Shown piece after piece: positions 48,663 to 59,975 of a DNA stretch of 64,000 nucleotides. Within the stretch, counting starts at the first letter, position 1. Every line of letters starts with the position of its first letter. The stretch comes from Cyanophora paradoxa CCMP329 (Eukaryota; Plantae; Glaucophyta). The translations under genes and the position numbers were made by a program. A model generated the notes under the pieces. That model saw nothing but the letters and a program-made list of their open reading frames with translations, was not told where the DNA came from and did not search any database. The stretch spans positions 1-64,000 of the forward strand of contig QPMI01000081.1 of assembly GCA_004431415.1 (NCBI GenBank), written 5' to 3'.

Positions 48663-50889
48663 CGGGGGGCGGAGGGCGGACCGGCGGAGTGGAGGAGATC
48701 CTATGGGGCGGAGAGGCGGAGGGGGGCGGACCGGCGGAGTGGCGGAGGCGGGGGATGCCGCCCGTCATCAGCCGCGACCTAAAGCTAGGGGGTAGCTAGG
48801 GAACCGAGATCTAGGATCTGGGATCTAGAAAGGCGGGGGAGGGCGCGCCGGCGGAGTGGCGGAGATCCTATGGGGCGGCGATCCTATGGGGCGGTCGCGA
48901 GGGCGGAGGGCGGGCCTGCGGAGTGACGGAGGCGGTTGTCCAGGCGCGGGATGCCGCCCGTCATCATATGGGACCGGAGGGGTAGCTAGGGACCGGAGGA
49001 CCTATAGCTAGGGCGTGGATCTATAGCTAGGACCGATATAAATCCTAAGCGGTGGATCTAGGATCTGGGACCCCCCGGCGGGAAAGCCCCGGGGCCGTCC
49101 AGCCGGGTTGCCCCGCCTCTAACCGGCTGGGCCGGCGCAACCCGGCGGGACGGCCCCGGATGGAAAGGCGGGGGCGGGGGCGGGGGGCTCGCCTGCGGAG
49201 TGGCGGAGGCGGTTGTCGAGGCGGGGGATGCCGCCCGTCATCAGCCGCGAGTAGTACCGGAACACCTTCACCAGCGACACTGCGGGGGGGGGGGCGGGGC
49301 GCGGGCGTTGGGCGAGGAGAAGGCAGGGGAGCGTGGCTAGCTAGGTAATGAGGCGGCCTTGTGATGGACAGAGAGATAGATAGATAGATCCCAGGTGCGT
49401 TATTTAGTGATGAAGGGAGACCCAGATGGCGCCGGGCGGGCCGCACCGAAGTGCTGGGCGGAGAGGCCGCGAAGCTATGAGGCGGTCTAATCGATCTTCT
49501 AGATAGATCCTAGTTACATTTAGTTCCGATAAACATGAAACCTCTTATCTCTATGTATCTAATCTCTTCTCACCGAAGTGCTGGGCGGAGAGGTCGCGGA
49601 CGGCCTGCAGGGCCTCGGCGCGCCGGTCCACCGCCTCCTTCATGATCAGGTCCTGGGGTGAGGGGGTGAGGGGGTGAGGGGAGGGGAGGGGAGGGCTGGG
49701 CGAGGGCGGGCGGGCGGTGCAGGGGGCACTGGGCCACTCCAGCCTAGCCGCCCCGGAGAGCTGGAGTGCAACGGACCTGCAGGTACACCGCCTTCCACAT
49801 CGCTGCGCGGGGGTGAGGGGGGGTTGAGAGGGGCGTGGGGGGGGGGGGGGGGGGGAGGGGGGAGGGGAGGATCCGTCTTGAGGTTCTATTTTACGCATGT
49901 ATACGTAAGGTGAAGCGGAGGCAAGGACGCCGGGACGGGGGGGGGATGTGTATTGGGAGGGGTGGGGGGAGGGGGGGGGGGTAAGATAGCGGGAAGCTGG
50001 GGTACCGTTGAAGTCCTCGTCGGGCTCGTCGGGAGCCACCTCGGGGATCTCGAGCTCCTCCTCCTGGATTCGAATTCGAATTACTCAGCTTTGAATTTGA
50101 ATTTGAATTTTGAATGAGATTTGATCCGGCTCCGGCCCGCACCTCCTCCTGCTCTCTGTCGGGCTCGCGGATCGTTCGGCTCCGCATCGCGCGCATCGCG
50201 TCCTCCTGCGGGCGCGAAGCGTGAGGCGGACGCCGAGGCCAGGGGCGAGCCGCTGCTGGGCCGGCAGCAGCAGCCGGTACTGCTTCTTCTTTCTTTCCTT
50301 CGTTCGCACCCGCTCGAGGTCCTCGTACCAGTTGGGGTTCTCCCGCCTTCTCCTGAGCTCCGCCTCGAGCGGGTCCTCCACGCCCATCGCCTCGATGTCC
50401 CACCCTGCGATTTGATCCGCGCCGCGTCGGCGGCGGCGTTCGCAAGAGCGCCGCAGGGTCGCGCGAGCGCACATCGGAGCCCCTCGTCGAAGTAGTTGCG
50501 GTCCCGCCGGACGTGCGCCGTCGCGCGCACGAAGCCCTTACTGATCTCCGAGTCCCCGGGGTTCATCTCCGCGGCTGCGCGGCGCAGGCGCGTCGCATGG
50601 CGGCCGGAGCGCAGAGACGAGCAACGCGGCGAGGCGAGGCGGGCGCACCCTTCATGTACAGGCCCGCCCCCGCGCGGAAGTTGTGGTCCGCGAGGTTGAA
50701 GACCCCGCCGTGGCGGTACGTTTCTGCGGGCTGCGGCTCAGCGGCAGCGCGACGGAGGGCTGAAGAGAGTGGAGTTGTAGGAGGATTCTGCCGGGTTCAC
50801 GCACCGGCATCGTGCCTGACTGTCGCGTACACGGCGCCCCGAGGCGCCCGCGGCGGCGGCGGCTCGGCAGGGTCCTCCTCCTCCGCCAT
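46400..50889 (-). CDS. Multi-exon protein with two degenerate EF-hand-like pairs, probably flagellar/cytoskeleton-associated
   Basis: ATG 50889 (MAEEEDPAEPPP). Exons LVKVFRYYSRL, MFTMSKREFEKLMHDCRV, ASINVAFVMANRQ, LLLYEFIQCLVRVAHIK, HLPKLREVYRTYAQ, IQMREWFALFT, MDLSEFVEGLAR; stop at 46400. The duplicated EF(I/V)xxLxR pattern resembles RSPH10B-type flagellar proteins. Confidence 0.65.
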
Positions 50890-51166
50890 CGAAGATGCTC
50901 TAGCTAAGCACCAGCCGTCACCAGGACTCCTCGCAGCCTCTCAGGATGCCGGGAAGCGAAGACTAGCCACCCGCTGCCCTGGCCTTCCTCGATGGCGCAG
51001 ATAGATGCCACTTGTTCCTCGCTGATCGTGCGCGCTCCTCGCGCGCGGGGGAGCACCGCTGCAAACGAGCACTGTGCTTTGACTGTACCCCCACATGCCA
51101 ACTTCCGAACTTCGCGGCTCAGCACGCATCTGCGACAGCTCGAAGCACGTCCTACGAGCTAGCGAG

Positions 51167-52413
51167 ATGGAGTCTACGGCGTCAACGTCGTGGCGGGACG
51201 CTGTCAAGCGCGCCCACCTCACATTTTACAACTCGGTGATGTACGCCGGCTGGCTTGTCGTGGCCGTGAAGCTGGGCCTCCTCTTCGTCCGCGAGGGCAC
51301 CGCCGGCCTTCCGAAGGTCCACGACGCCCTCACCCCGACCATTGGTCCGCCGCCGCGCCGACTCCTGCGTACGCGTGCGTGTCTGAGCTGAGCGAGCGCG
51401 CAGTGCTTCTCCAGAAGGGGGCCATTCTCGAGACAGTGCACTCGATCCTAGGTCCGCGCACGCGCTCTCTGGCGCCCTGCGTGCCGCCGCGGCCGCCATC
51501 GACGCCGGCGCGTGTCAGGCATCTCGCGGTCGCCCGTGATGGCGAACGTGCTCCAGAGCTACGGGCGCAACTTCATCCTCTTCTTCTGCATCGACTACGT
51601 GCCCGGCGTCGCGCAGGCGAACCCCTACGCCGTCGCCGCCCTATACTTCGGTTCGCTCCCGCAGCTGCGACGACGCCGCCCGCCCGCCCGCCCGCCCGCC
51701 CGCCCGCCCGCCCGCCCGCTCGCCGTCTGATCCGCGTACTCTCGATAGCCTGGGCATGCATCGAAATCATCCGGTGCGTACGCTTTTCGTGTCCCCCTGT
51801 GTGGCCCTACGTCCCGCCGACCTGAGCCATTCAGGTACCCCTTCTACCTCCTGTCCGACGTGGGCTTCTGCCCCTCTTTCCTCGAGTGGCTCCGGTGCGG
51901 CGTACTCCCCCCTTTCCTCCCTCCCGGCCCGAACCCCCCCCCCCCCCCCCCCAGGTACACCGCGTTCATCCCCCTGTACCCCCTCGGTGCCGGCGCGGAG
52001 GGTGGGCTCTTCTTCCGCCCCACCCCCTACCCCTACCTCCCCGTACCGCCCGCGCGCCCGCCCGCGCGCCTGACCCGCCGGCCTGTGCAGCCTTCATCCT
52101 GTACAAGAGCCTCCCCGCCATCCAGGCGCTCCAAAACGCCGGGGGGATATGGAAGCTAACCCTCCCCAACATGGCGAACTTTGCCTGGGACACCGTTTAC
52201 TACTGCTGGTTCCACCTGGTCGTCGCCTACGCCATGGGTACGCGTTTTCGAGCGTCGGGAGGGGGGTACGCATTCGTCCTAGTCCGTGACCCTCTCGGCC
52301 CGCCCGCAGCCTTCCCGCAGATGTACCTCCATATGTTCTCCCAGCGGCGGCGCAAGCTCGGCGCCGGCCGCGCCGGCGCCGCCCCCGCCGCCCCGGAGAA
52401 GAAGACGCAGTGA
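51167..52413 (+). CDS. HACD: Very-long-chain (3R)-3-hydroxyacyl-CoA dehydratase (PTPLA family; HACD/PHS1/PAS2), 8 exons
   Basis: Spliced product contains YN..MYAGW, LQKGAILETVHSILGISRSP, QSYGRNFILF, AWACIEIIRYPFY, LEWLRYTAFIPLYPLGAGAE (catalytic Y and E), FPQMYLHMFSQRRRKL and a C-terminal KKTQ ER-retrieval signal. Seven GT-AG introns keep frame. Confidence 0.95.
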
Positions 52414-52771
52414 CCTAGTTCTTTCTTTCTTTCAAGTAGCATTAGGAGTACAGGAAGCAGCGACCTATCGAAATGTAACTACGAAATCGATCTGGCAATG
52501 TACAGAGCGCGCCCCGCCCGCGGCCGCGGCCGCGTCCGTCGCATAGGGGCGGCCGCGGCCGTCGCATAGGGGCGGGGCGCGGCGGCATAAAAGCTCTAGC
52601 GCTAGCTAACTGAGAAGAAGCTTAAGAAGGCTGGCTAGAAGGAGGGGCAGGAGCAGAGCCGCGCGAGTTCGCGGAAGGGGCCAGGGCAGGCGGGGGAGAG
52701 CCCTAGTCCTAGTCCTAGTTCTAGGCCTGGGCCGAGGCCGAGGGGGAGGCCGGCGGGCCCTGTAGCTACAG

Positions 52772-54341
52772 CTAGCGGGCGAGCGGGGTCGGGCTGACGA
52801 CGAGGGCCTGCCGGGCCGCCGCGCGCTCCGTCAGGCGCCGGTCGCAGACGGCGCGGATCGAGATCAGCTCCTCGTCGCGCATCGCCTGGAGCAGGAAGAG
52901 CACCGCCGCGGAGAGGTACCCCTGGTTCTGCGCGCTCTGGGGGGTACAACTGCAAGTCAGAACGAAGGTCGGTGCCGGGCCGCGGGCCGCCCCGCCGCCC
53001 CGCGGCGCACCGCCCCTGCGGACCTGCAGCCGCTGACGCTCGGCCTCGTCGAGAGGGGAGTCCGGCGCCCCCTGCACGGGCGTGATGGGCCGCCACCCGT
53101 TCCCGTTCTCCTTCTCCGGCGCCCGCGGCGTCGCCTGCCCGTTCAGTTGCCCATTCGCCTGCCCGTTGGCCGAGGGCGACTGCGGGCGGGGGTAGGCGTA
53201 AGGCGCGGACGGGGTACATGAGGCGCGGGGCGGGGCAGCGCGTACCCGGTCGAGGGCGGGGGAGGGCGAGGCGCGCCCCGCGGGGGGGCGATCCACGCCG
53301 GCCGAGGAGGGGCGGGCGAAGGCGGCCGGCCGCACGGGACTCTCCGCGCCTCCGGCCGAAGGCGGCGTCGGGCTGAGGCGGCCCGGGGCCGGCGGCGTCG
53401 GGCTCAGGCGGTCCTGCGGGGAGTAGCCTCAGCCAGCGCGGGGCGGGGCGGCGCGGCGCGGATCGGCGCACGGCTTCGGTGGCGGCGGTACCCCGGCCGG
53501 CCCACGGGTACACTCGGCCGTTGTCGCCCTTCGGGAGCTGCGCAAAAGTTAATGAGTGAGTCGAGCTGGGGAATGGGGCTGGAAGGCTCAGACGAGCGAG
53601 CGCACAGGCTTGATGAGGTTGCTGCCGTCCGGCTGCTTCGGGCCCGCTTCGATCACCGGGGGCGCCACGAGAGGTCCCAACTCCCGCGCCTCTTTCCGCT
53701 CCTCCTCCGTCACAGCTGCGCGCGCGCGGGGGCGGGCGGGGCGAGAGCGGTCAAGATTAGAAAAGCTGCGGGAGAGATTGCGTCCGAGGGAAGAAATCAG
53801 GCGCACAGTCGAATCCGATGACTTGGATCTGCGGCGCGCCGCGGAGGACCGCGATGCGGCATGCCTTATTCCCGAGACGGCGGAAGACCGGGTTGCCCTC
53901 GATGAAGACCACTCGGAGGCGCTTGCACGAGCCGAGGTGCGCGAACTCGCGCTCGTCCGAGATCTGATTGTGGGAGAGCACGAGCTCCTCCAGGAGGGCG
54001 ACTGCGCGCCCCCGTTGGGCGCGGGCGAGAGAGAGAGAGACACCAGAAGAACGCTCACGGTTGCGGAACCAGTGCAGGGTGGAGACGTTGTTGTAGCGGC
54101 AGTTGAAGACCTTCAGATTCTTCATGTCGGGGACGACGGGGAGCTGCGGGCGTGCACGTGGGGCAAACCGTCAGACGAGCGCTGGCTGTGCCCCGCGCCG
54201 CGGCCGGAGGCCCACCTCATCGACGCGCTCTGCTTCATTGATAACGAGGCCGTTGATGAAGGCCTTATCGATGCTCTCCGGGCCGGCGACCTTTTCCTTC
54301 AAGTGCCGGTCGTTGTACAGCATGAACGTGAGCGCGACCAT
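52772..54341 (-). CDS. CFAP410: SDS22-type LRR protein with LRR cap and C-terminal helical domain, CFAP410/C21orf2-like
   Basis: MVALTFML...DMKNLKVFNCRYNNVSTLHWF...LEELVLSHNQISDEREFAHLGSCKRLRVVFIEGNP...RIAVLRGAPQIQVIGFD.VTEEERKEA, a low-complexity linker, then YLSAAVLFLLQAMRDEELISIRAVCDRRL. This matches the CFAP410 N- and C-terminal layout as I recall it. Confidence 0.7.
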
Positions 54342-54604
54342 CTTCGCTGGTTATAAACAGCTCTCTCTCGCTGCGCGTGCGTGCAACTCCGGTGTGCTGG
54401 GACAGAGCTCCCTGAGGAGGCTGAACGCTGACGACGCTGAGCGAGCAAGTGCCGCGGTCGAGGCTCTGGTGGCGAGTCATGCTGAGGACCGGAAAGCGAT
54501 CGGGTGCAAAAAGAAGCGGAGCGGCAGCCGGTCTCCGCGAAGCGGTGTCTTTGCGTTTTTCGCGTACCCGAGCCCGACTTTTCCCCTGGCTGGGGTACAC
54601 CGCG
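54342..54604. promoter_or_regulatory. Probable bidirectional promoter between the CFAP410-like and carrier genes
   Basis: Head-to-head ATGs separated by 263 bp. The same arrangement occurs at 50890-51166 and 58069-58361. No specific motif identified. Confidence 0.5.
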
Positions 54605-56231
54605 ATGGCGGAAGGAAGCGGCTCTGCGGCGAAGCAGGACGCCGCCGCGTGGCGGGCGCAGGTGCGCGGGTCTTCTCCGCGACCGCGCGCCGCCCGCCGA
54701 CCGCGCGACAGCTTTTCCGAGAAATCGCGGCCTCCACGATAGCTGGAACGATACACGCGGCAATAGAGCAACCCCTGGTCATTCCAATCGAGGCGGCCAT
54801 TACGCAGACGCAGGTCAATGGCAAGCGCTTCAGTCAAAACTTCAAAGGTTCGCGCCGTCGATCGATATCCGGGTCGTCCACGCCGCTCAAGCGCCGGCGC
54901 ATGAGCGCAGAGCTGTGGAGGCAAAGAGCTCTCTACAGGTCCGCGACGCCGGCCGCTAGCTAATGATTCGGTCGGAGCGCGCCCTCACCCGCGCTCCAGG
55001 AGCTTGCCCGTCGCAATGGTCGGCGCCGTGCCGAAGCGGACGCTTCACTACGGCATCCTCGTCTTCGTGACGGATCTCTTCGTTCCGGACGCGGACGGCG
55101 ACGTCCGCAAGGCGAACCCGGCGCAGGCGGCCCTCGTCGGGACGCTCACGGGCGCGATGGAAGGTCCGCCCGCCCGCCCGCCGCCGCCCCGCCGGCCGCC
55201 CGCTCATCTGACGCCGATGCGCAGTCTGCGTGACCAACCCGAGTCCGCCCTCGCCCTCGCCCGCGCCCGCCGCCGCCCGCCGTCCCGCCGCTCACGCGCG
55301 CCCGGGGCCCGCCCGCCCGCAGTCAACATGGTGAAGTTCCGCCTGCAGCGGCCGGAGTGGGGATACACGGGCGCATCCGATGCCATTAGGAAGGTACAAG
55401 CATACCCCTGGGCGGGCGGGCGGGCGGCGGCGCGCCGGCTCACGCGCGCGCGCCCGCGCTCTTCAGATATACCACACGGAAGGCCTCTCGGCCTTCTGGA
55501 AGGGTTCCATGTGGACCGTTGCAAGGAACAGCATATTCAACGGCGTCATGATGGCGACGTGCGCGATCCCGTACCCCCCTTTCCCCTCCCTCTCGTCCGC
55601 CCCCTCCTTAGCCCCACGCAGCTTCCAGCTGCTGTTCGACGGGCGGGGCGGCGGTACGCAGCACGTCGCCCGCAACACGCTCGCGGGTAGCTTCGGGGGC
55701 GTCATGGGCAGCATAGTGAGGCGCGCTGCCCCCACTGTACCCCCCTCCGTCTCTCTTGACCCCCGCCCCGCGCCCGCAGCTACCCCTTCGAGATGGCGCG
55801 GAGCGCGAAGCAGCACAACGTTAGCTTCAAAGAGGAGATATGGGCGCAGGGACCCCGCCGCATCTTCTCGGGGTGGGTACCCGGCGCCTGCCGCCTCGTC
55901 GTCACCAGCAGGTCCGCCCCGCCGCCCGGATCAAATTCAAATTTGATCGCTCGAATCTGATCTGACTCATCTGAGCAGTATCATGGGGTTCCTTCTGCCT
56001 CAGCTGAACGCGTTCAGCCGGGCCCTTGTATTCGGGGACCAGCCGCCCGCCCCGTCCTCCCCTAGCGCCCGCCCCTCCGCCTCCCCCGCCGCGCCAGCCG
56101 CGCCAGCCGCGCCAGCGTCGACGTCACCGGCAGTACCAGCAGCAGCGGCGGCGGCGGCGGCGGCGACGGCAGCGACGGCGCCAGCGACGAGCGGCGGCGG
56201 AAGCTCAGGGCCGGCGAGTGGGAAGAGGTAG
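54605..56231 (+). CDS. Mitochondrial carrier family (SLC25/MCF) protein, substrate unassigned
   Basis: Three carrier repeats after splicing with signature variants PIEAAIT, PINMVKFRLQ and PFEMARS; also YTGASDAIRKIYHTEGLSAFWKG and LAGSFGGVMGSIVSYPFE. Ala/Pro-rich tail to the stop at 56231. Confidence 0.9.
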
Positions 56232-56695
56232 GCGGGCGCGCGGGCAGGCCTAGGCAGGCTGGACAGCGCAGCAGGCAGGCAGGCAGCAGGTCTAGGCTCT
56301 TTTCATGCAGACGCAGCGCCGACGTGTGACAGGCGCTTGTGTAACCTATCGCAGGATTTCAAAAAAGCTAGCTGGATAGCTAGCGCTGGCCGCGGTGGCC
56401 TGCCGTCGGCCCTCCCGCCAGGGTCGGCGAGCCGGGGGCCGGGGCGGGTGGCGCCTGGCGCCCGGCGCCGGCGAGGCCCAGGAGGGGGATTGAAGGCTCG
56501 GCAGCCGACCGGGTGGGAGTCGCGGGGCCGGGCGGCCTCGTGTTGCGGCTCGACCGAAATTTGAAAAGCCACGAGCAGGCCTAGGAAGGCCGGCACTGTG
56601 TGGCCGGATCCGGAGGGGTACGCCTGCAGCTGGCCCAGTACCAGTGGAGCCGTGCAGGAGGAATGGCAGGGGTCCCGGGTAGGGCGGCCGCCCCG

Positions 56696-58068
56696 TCAGG
56701 TTGGGCGCAAGTCGAGGGCGGGGGGTACGGGCGCCGCCGGCCGCGCCGCGGCCCTGTGCCCCACGAAGCTGAGGTACCTGAGGGGGATACCGCTCAAGTC
56801 CGGAGAGAATGAGCAAATTAAATCAACAGGGCGCACGCGGTCCAAAAGACGGAAGCGACGGACAGGACGAGCATCCTGTACTCCGCCGGCAGGAACCCGA
56901 AGTTGACCGCTGGGGGGTACGCGCGTCGGCGAGGAGCCGAACGGGGTACCGGGTACATAGCGGGGTACAGCATTCGCACCGTGGACGGCGGGCCAGAAGC
57001 AGAGGGAGTTGAGATAGGAGGGGAGCCACTCGGCTTCGAGCTTCGCCTTGACCTCCTCCGGGATGCGGCCCGCGTCGCCTTCCAGAGCAACGTCTACGGC
57101 GCGCACTGCGGGGACGGGGGGTACGGGGTACGTCGGACCGCCGGGGGTGGGGGGGAGGGGGGGGGGGCGGCGGGGAAGGGGTTACTGGGGCACCGAAGGA
57201 GAGGAAGAGGAAGTTGATGACCGGGGAGAGGAGCGCCGAGTTGATGCAGACCTTTCGCGCCACGTTGCCCCAGCCTGCCGCCAGGAGGTCAGGTGGGGGG
57301 GGCGCCGGGGCGGGGTGGAGGGGGGGGGGTAGAGGGCGAGAGGACAGGACGGCGGGGACTCGGGAAGTCGACGTACCCCCGCTCGTCGGGAACCTCCTGT
57401 CGAGGTACCTGTACCCCCGGTGGGCTTCTCGGCGGCCCCGGGGGCGCCCGGTGGGGGGCTACCGCACCCGTAGAAGAAGTGGCCGACGGGCCCGTTGAAG
57501 CAGAAGCCCCACGCGAAGAGCTTCGCGACGCGGCGCGGGTCGTGCTTCCCCTCGATCCGCTGCGCTACGACGTCGCCCATCGCGCCGATGACCGCCGACT
57601 GCACCGCTATGGTCCTGCGCGCGCGCGGCGTCGCGTCGGCCCGAAAGCATGGCCAGAAAGCGCTAGCTGCGCAGGCAAGCAGAGGCGCGCGCGCGCGAAC
57701 CGGAGCGGGTGACGGGCCAGCACTTCCTTGTACCAGGACCAGAGACCGGAGGGCGAGAAGGAGAAGCCGCCGCCGCTGCTGCCGCGGGAATTCGAATGTG
57801 TGCCGTCGGATTCGCCCTCGCCTGCCCCCGAGCTCGAGCTCGAGCCCTCGCGGCTCTCATTCTGTTCGCCGCTTGCGTGCGCGGTCCGCGTGTCTGCACC
57901 TGGACTTGCGCACCTGTCGGCCGCCGCGTCCTTGACGTCGGTTCGCGCTCGCGCTGTCGCCGCGAGCTGCCCGCTGACAGCGCGGCTGCTTAGCCGCCTG
58001 CAGTTGGTCGCTGCTGCCGCTGCTGTGACGCCGCGCGCTCTGCACAGCGCGTGCGCGCCAGCCGACAT
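56696..58068 (-). CDS. Mpv17/PMP22 family membrane protein with N-terminal targeting-like extension
   Basis: LWSWYKEVLARHPLRTIAVQSAVIGAMGDVVAQ, GFCFNGPVGHFFY, VARKVCINSALLSP, SLCFWPAVH, VNFGFLPAEYRMLVLSVASVFWTAYLSF. An in-frame upstream ATG at 58167 is an alternative start. Confidence 0.92.
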
Positions 58069-59150
58069 TGCGCCATCCGGCCGCGGCAGGCGCCATTGCG
58101 AATGCGAGTCCACCGCGCCCCGCCACGTGCTCGCGCCCAGCCGCGTGGCGCTCAGCGAGGAGCGCATCGGTCGCCGCTCGAGCTCGAAGGTCGTGCGTCG
58201 ATATCGTGTACCACCGAAAACTCGGCGAAAAGGGGGGGTACCGGTGGGCGGTCACATGACTCCCCTCGCGGCGAACGCATAACGTTACCTGACATCGCGA
58301 CGAACGTTAACGATGTCAGGCAAACGCATAACTCATTTCCTTCACCACCCGGCTCGTGTCGATGGCGCCGGCGGACTTCCGCTCCCTCCTGGAGCCTGCA
58401 CGCAAGCTCCACGCAGCGTCGACCCGTCTGCACAGCGCGGCGACGACGGGCCGGACGTTCTGCGTGGGCCCGGCGCCGATTGGCGCCTCGCCCGTGGAGC
58501 CTTACGTGCACCGCCTCCTTGCCGCGTACACCAAGCTCGTCGAACGTGTTAAGCACGCCGAAGGCATTTTCGCCGACGTGATTAAGCTGCTCGGTGCGTA
58601 TCATGATCAGTGCCTCCATCCCCGCGGCCGGCCCGGCCCGGTCCGATTCGAAGCTGATCGCTCTCGCTGCGCAAAAACCCAGCGAGGACGGGCGTCCACA
58701 TACACTCGAGCTTCATCAAAAACCATGAGCTTCATCAAAAACCCGCACGCCTTCCTCTACCTCAAGTCCGACATCGGTGCCCGCCCGCCCGCCCGACGCC
58801 GCCCCGCGGCCTGCGCACCGAGCGCCGCGCGCGCAGGGGCGCCGCTGTGCACCGGCGTGCAGTTCCTCGCCGAGCGCGTCATCGGGCTCTCGGAGGCGGC
58901 GCGGGGCGCCTTCTGGGAGCTCGTCCTGCACGAGACCTGCATGGGGTCCATGGGCCTCCTCCTCTAGATCTGCGCCCTGCGCGAGGGGGCGGCCCTCAAG
59001 CGGGCGACGCCGGCCCGGCGACGTGCCTCGGCGGGCGGGCGGGCGGGTGCCTCGCCGAGTTCTACGCGGGGGCGCTGGTCCTGCTCGCCGGCCCCTGCCC
59101 GGAGGGGCTCCGCTGCCCTCGCCGAGCGCCACGTCGACGCCGGCCGCACG

Positions 59151-59352
59151 GAGATAAGGGTTGAGGGCCTTATGGGGTGGCGGTCACTGAGGACGCGTAG
59201 CGCGAGGAAGTTGACGACGACACGCCCGTCGAGGTGCTCGCGCTTCGCGCCTCGAGGTCAGAAGATAGAAGGCCGCCGCTCCGCCCAGGAGCCCGCCTCG
59301 CGCTACGCGTCCTCAGTGACCGCCACCCCATAAGGCCCTCAACCCTTATCTC
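59151..59352. mobile_element. 202-bp inverted-repeat (MITE-like) insertion, class unresolved
   Basis: 57-bp perfect inverted arms (GAGATAAGGGTTGAGGGCCTTATGGGGTGGCGGTCACTGAGGACGCGTAGCGCGAGG, 59151-59207 versus 59296-59352). Flanked by the direct repeat CGCCGGCCGCACG at 59138-59150 and 59353-59365. Confidence 0.88.
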
Positions 59353-59900
59353 CGCCGGCCGCACGGTGCCCGCCCGCCCGCGCCGGCCCGCCGGCCCGCC
59401 GGCCCCCGCGCTCACCGGCCCCGCAGCTCGACGGGTCGAGGCTCCCCAGCGACATCGCCGACGGCATCTCCAAGGCGTTCGTCGGGCGCAACCGCAACAA
59501 GTTCATCCTCGCCGTCGAGGCGGTGCGCCCGCCCCGCCGGCGCGCCCCCCGGAGCGCGCCGACGCGGGCACACTGCGGCAGCGGGTCGGCTTCCTGCCGC
59601 TCAAGGCCCGCGACGCGCCGCGGAGCGTCTTCGACCTGCTGAGCCACCTGAAGGCCCTCGCGGGGCTGGTCAAGATCCGCCCCGGCGAGCCGGAGGACTG
59701 GCTCTTCGACCCGCCCCGCCCCGGCGAGCAGCAGGTGGAGAAGCCGGCGGCGCTCTTCGGGAGCGAGGCGGGCAAGAGCCTGCTGCTCCTGCGCATGCCG
59801 CTGGTCGTGGCGGAGATCTGGACCGACGAGCTCTCAGTCTTCGTCCGCTTCCTCGGGGCCCGGCCCCCGCCTGGGCCGCCTGCCGCGCCGCCGTCCTCGA

Positions 59901-59975
59901 CGCCCTGTCAACTTCCGCCTCGCGCTACGCGTCCTCAGTGACCGCCACCCCCCTAAGGGCCTCAACCCTTATCTC
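59901..59975. mobile_element. 75-bp one-armed copy of the same small element
   Basis: Single arm ending CCCTTATCTC at 59975, flanked by the 15-bp direct repeat CGCCGCCGTCCTCGA at 59886-59900 and 59976-59990. Confidence 0.8.

Noticed and set aside
59180-59216. Hammerhead ribozyme in the small element arm (GTCA-CTGAGGA-CGCGTAGCGCG...TGAC)
   Set aside because: It has CUGANGA, a stem II and a possible stem I, but lacks the required GAAA and stem III/UH. Not supportable without a covariance-model search.
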